Assembly: GCA_964562425.1 (NCBI GenBank)
Contig: CAZLTJ010000001.1
Span: 1 to 61,634 of the forward strand
Direction: 5' to 3'
DNA from: an uncultured bacterium
GTDB taxonomy: Bacteria > UBP14 > UBA6098 > B30-G16
Length of the DNA stretch: 61,634 bases
The notes beneath the pieces were generated by a model. That model saw only the letters and a list, made by a program, of their open reading frames with translations. It was not told where the DNA came from and did not search any database. The position numbers were made by a program, and so were the translations under genes. Below, in pieces: positions 59,008 through 61,634 of the stretch. The first letter of the stretch is position 1. Every line of letters begins with the position of its first letter.

Positions 59008-59850
59008 TTATTTCCCTGGGAAAAAATATTCAACAATTAAAGCTACTATGCCGAGTAACATAGATATTTTCAAAACCATCTGACTCTTTGCAACATAACC
59101 TTGAATACCTAAAACTCCGGCAATGCCTGTACCGAGGAATGGCAATAAAGCAACAATCTGATAATAATCTCCGAAGACTCTAAACATGTATGGGATTTCA
59201 ATGAAAAGCATACTTAAAACACATCCAATAAAACCAAAAACCGCTGCCTTTTTGGGATTTGTGACAATAGGCAATGTTTTCCTATTATCTTCTTCATCAC
59301 CTAATCGATCTTCGATGTCTTTGAAAATTTCTCGAGCAAAATGTAACCCAAAAGCAATTATTGCAGCCCAAATCGTTTTAGAACTTACGTAATCACCCGG
59401 TATAGCTCCGTAAATTAGCGTAATACCTCCTGCAAAGGCAACAATGAAATTACCAATAATCGGTGTGCGAGAAAGAAAAGCTGAATACACAAAAAGAAAG
59501 ATCGATAGTATTAAAGCGATAATGAAATTCGATAATCCAACATGCCATGAAAAACAAATTCCTATTAAAATTAGAATTAACCCAACCCAAAAAGCTAAGC
59601 TCCTTGAAATAATTCCTAAGGGAATCGGTCTTGTCGGATGGTTAATTAAATCGGTTCTGAAGTCAAAAAAGTCGTTTATAGCGTTTTCACCAGCAAGCAC
59701 TAGTCCTGCTGAGATAGCTGCGATAATAAGCATTCGATCCAAAAAACCAGAAAGCAAACCACCTACAGTAACAGCCACAATGGCTATTAGCACATTCAAA
59801 GGTCTTGTGAGTGATATAAGTGCCGAAATTATTACAAAAAAATTTTTCAT
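59008..59850 (-). CDS. UbiA-family prenyltransferase, digeranylgeranylglyceryl-phosphate synthase-like
   Basis: About 8 TM helices. First Asp-rich motif NAINDFFDFRTD (NDxxDxxxD). Second motif KDIEDRLGDEEDNRKTLPI (KDIED...GD...TLP). This motif pair is typical of archaeal DGGGPS and chlorophyll-synthase-type UbiA enzymes. Confidence 0.75.
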   Translation of the reverse strand: MKNFFVIISALISLTRPLNVLIAIVAVTVGGLLSGFLDRMLIIAAISAGLVLAGENAINDFFDFRTDLINHPTRPIPLGIISRSLAFWVGLILILIGICFSWHVGLSNFIIALILSIFLFVYSAFLSRTPIIGNFIVAFAGGITLIYGAIPGDYVSSKTIWAAIIAFGLHFAREIFKDIEDRLGDEEDNRKTLPIVTNPKKAAVFGFIGCVLSMLFIEIPYMFRVFGDYYQIVALLPFLGTGIAGVLGIQGYVAKSQMVLKISMLLGIVALIVEYFFPGK

Positions 59851-59853
59851 TCG

Positions 59854-60879
59854 TTAGACATTAAAACGGAATTTTAAGTAATCGCCATCTTGAATTATGT
59901 AGTCTTTCCCTTCTGCTCTAAAAAGCGATTGAGATCGGGCGTTCTCGTAACCACCAGCTTCGACAAATTTATCCCATCGGATTACTTCAGCCCGAATAAA
60001 ACCTCGCTGCATATCTGTATGTATCTTTCCTGCAGCCATTAAAGCATTCGTGCCACCTTGAATACACCATGCATGGGATTCATTTCTATTGCTGGTGAAG
60101 AAAGTTATTAAATTCATTGAATCTTTGAGAGATTTCAAAACCATCTCTCTTGAATTCTGCTCGGGTAATCCCAATTCTCTTCTAAATGCAACTGCATCTT
60201 CTGTATTTAATTCTTCCAATTCTGATTCTAAGCCAACCGCAACTTGAATTACCTTGCACTGCAAGCGTGATGAAATCTTATCTAATATAGATTCTGAGAA
60301 TAATTCTTCGCAGTTAAGAAGAGCTAACCAAAATTTTGCTGTAATCAGTCCTTGATTCCGAGTAAATTTCAGTTCATCTTCGCTGAGTTCGAGGCTATTG
60401 ATCGGTTGCTGTGACTCAAGAACAGAAACAAACTTCGATAGCTCCAAAAGTTCCTTCTCCATTAATTGTTTCTCTTCTCGAGAATGTCCTTTTTTAATTT
60501 CTTTCTCTAATGTTGTCGATCTAGTTTTAATTGCATTACTGTCGAATAATATAAAGGTATCTTTTACTCTTTTTGCATCGATAACAGGATCAGGATTCCC
60601 AAAACCTCTGTCAAATCCTCTGAGTACAATTATAATTCCATCCGAACCTTGGAGTTGCGAATATATTGAGCCACCTTTTATTATATTGCCTATTGTATCG
60701 TCAAGCTCCAATTCAAAGTACTTTATTCTCTTCGAATTCGAAAACCGTGCTATATCCTCAAGTCTTGCATCTGGAGTGGGAACAGAGGAAAGTGTTTCAT
60801 GTCCAATATGTCCACTTGAAAGATATCTCCACAACATACTTCTTCCGCATTGAGGCAATCCTGTAATCGCAATTTTCAT
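59854..60879 (-). CDS. YchF-like GTPase/ATPase family protein with degenerate Walker A
   Basis: The C-terminus GKIHTDMQRGFIRAEVI...RAEGKDYIIQDGDYLKFRFNV is the YchF TGS-like/DUF933 end. The N-terminal G1 reads GLPQCGRS (nt 60838-60861) instead of GLPNVGKS. Start set at ATG 60879. Confidence 0.75.
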   Translation of the reverse strand: MKIAITGLPQCGRSMLWRYLSSGHIGHETLSSVPTPDARLEDIARFSNSKRIKYFELELDDTIGNIIKGGSIYSQLQGSDGIIIVLRGFDRGFGNPDPVIDAKRVKDTFILFDSNAIKTRSTTLEKEIKKGHSREEKQLMEKELLELSKFVSVLESQQPINSLELSEDELKFTRNQGLITAKFWLALLNCEELFSESILDKISSRLQCKVIQVAVGLESELEELNTEDAVAFRRELGLPEQNSREMVLKSLKDSMNLITFFTSNRNESHAWCIQGGTNALMAAGKIHTDMQRGFIRAEVIRWDKFVEAGGYENARSQSLFRAEGKDYIIQDGDYLKFRFNV

Positions 60880-60939
60880 TGTGGCAAAAATGAGGAGAAC
60901 AAATAACAAAAAATATTTCTTTGCATGTTTTCTCCTTAA

Positions 60940-61419
60940 TTAATACCTTTTTTCCCTATTATAATCTCTTAATTCGCGTTCTTTTTCTCGGTCCATTTGT
61001 TTCTGGATAAGATATTGTTTTTTTTGATATTCTCTTCGTCCTCTTGCAATAGCGATTGTAACTTTGACCAATCCTTTGTCATTAAAATAGATATCAAGAG
61101 GAATAATTGTTAAACCTTTTTCTTCGGCTTTTGATTTAAGACGAAATATTTCGAATTTATGCAACAACAGTTTTCTTCTGCGTTTAGGTGCTGGTGTAAA
61201 TACACTCGAATTATCATACGGACTAATATGCATTTCGTAAAGCCATAATTCACCATTTTTAATGCGAGCATAAGATTCATTAAGACTTGCCTTGCCTGCT
61301 CTAAGTGATTTCACCTCCGATCCTATAAGTATAATTCCTGCTTCTAATCTATCCAATATCTCATAGTCTCTGCGAGCCTTCTTATTTCTTGCTACAATCC
61401 TCATTATTCCCCTTGACAT
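60940..61419 (-). CDS. smpB: SsrA-binding protein SmpB
   Basis: VARNKKARRDYEI, GSEVKSLRAGKASL and the basic C-terminal tail. 159 aa. Confidence 0.95.
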   Translation of the reverse strand: MSRGIMRIVARNKKARRDYEILDRLEAGIILIGSEVKSLRAGKASLNESYARIKNGELWLYEMHISPYDNSSVFTPAPKRRRKLLLHKFEIFRLKSKAEEKGLTIIPLDIYFNDKGLVKVTIAIARGRREYQKKQYLIQKQMDREKERELRDYNREKRY

Positions 61420-61578
61420 TTATATATATGAAAACAAATTACAGCGATGCATCAATAAACAAAACATTTTTATGCTAAAATATCTTAATTAGTGTTAAAC
61501 GATTCATAGAATTATAATATTTTAGTGCAGTTACTCAATAAATTCTTTACATCATTAAAATATGAAAAAATTTATTTT

Positions 61579-61634
61579 GCCGGAGTGGTGGAATTGGCAG
61601 ACACGTTAGATTCAGGGTCTAGTGAGTTTAGACT
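61579..61634 (+). tRNA. tRNA-Leu (anticodon CAG), 5-prime portion truncated by window end
   Basis: GCCGGAG-TG-GTGG-AATTGGCAGA-CAC...TTAGA-TTCAGGG-TCTAG-TGAG closely parallels bacterial tRNA-Leu(CAG): acceptor, D-arm with GG, anticodon loop TT-CAG-GG, and the start of a long variable arm. Confidence 0.8.

Noticed and set aside
61420-61578. Looked for tmRNA (ssrA) next to smpB, and for 6S/SRP/RNase P RNAs in other gaps
   Set aside because: No GGGG..tRNA-like 5-prime end, tag-peptide reading frame, T-arm/CCA end or other conserved RNA core sequence is recognisable. The gap is short and AT-rich, and only the tRNA-Leu follows.
1-61634. Searched for mobile elements, prophage remnants, integrases, toxin-antitoxin pairs and abrupt composition shifts
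   Set aside because: No transposase, integrase or recombinase motifs and no terminal inverted repeats were seen. The only tRNA is at the window edge with no adjacent integrase. The slightly higher GC of the giant gene and hutU is explained by amino-acid composition.

Overview
Visibly AT-rich, densely coding bacterial chromosomal window with about 47 protein genes and one truncated tRNA-Leu. I found no rRNA, CRISPR array, transposase, integrase or phage genes. Housekeeping genes (rpsQ-rplN-rplX, hslV, zapA-rny-ymdB, kdsA, xseB, trxA, mutL, hutU, lysS, yggS, rlmH, mnmA, smpB) are interleaved with many envelope and surface genes. These include three proteins ending in T9SS type-A C-terminal sorting domains, two large TPR proteins, beta-barrel OMPs, GT2/GT4 glycosyltransferases and dispersed ECF-transporter parts. 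KDO synthesis, OMPs and T9SS cargo imply a diderm of the FCB-superphylum type, possibly Cloacimonadota-like (inference only). Recognisable promoters nevertheless look sigma70-like (CTTGACA, 16-17 nt spacer, TAT..T). The standout is a 10.1-kb gene (27456-37568, minus strand) for a ~3370-aa lipoprotein made of roughly 30 invasin/intimin-type Ig-like domains in a strictly alternating two-domain super-repeat. It appears co-transcribed with a small beta-barrel OMP, an 801-aa TPR protein (83-nt out-of-frame overlap with the OMP gene) and mutL. This may be an undescribed adhesin export/anchoring module. Other second-look items are an effector-less STAND-type P-loop NTPase with a TPR tail placed 5 nt from yggS, an archaeal DGGGPS-like UbiA prenyltransferase, and a YchF-like protein with a degenerate Walker A fed by a 16-codon leader ORF. 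Also noted: a ComEA-HhH/beta-barrel fusion OMP in a glycosylation operon, a break of the ribosomal-protein supercluster upstream of rpsQ, and hutU embedded in a T9SS-cargo island between long non-coding gaps. All functional calls rest on motif recognition by eye. No database search was run.
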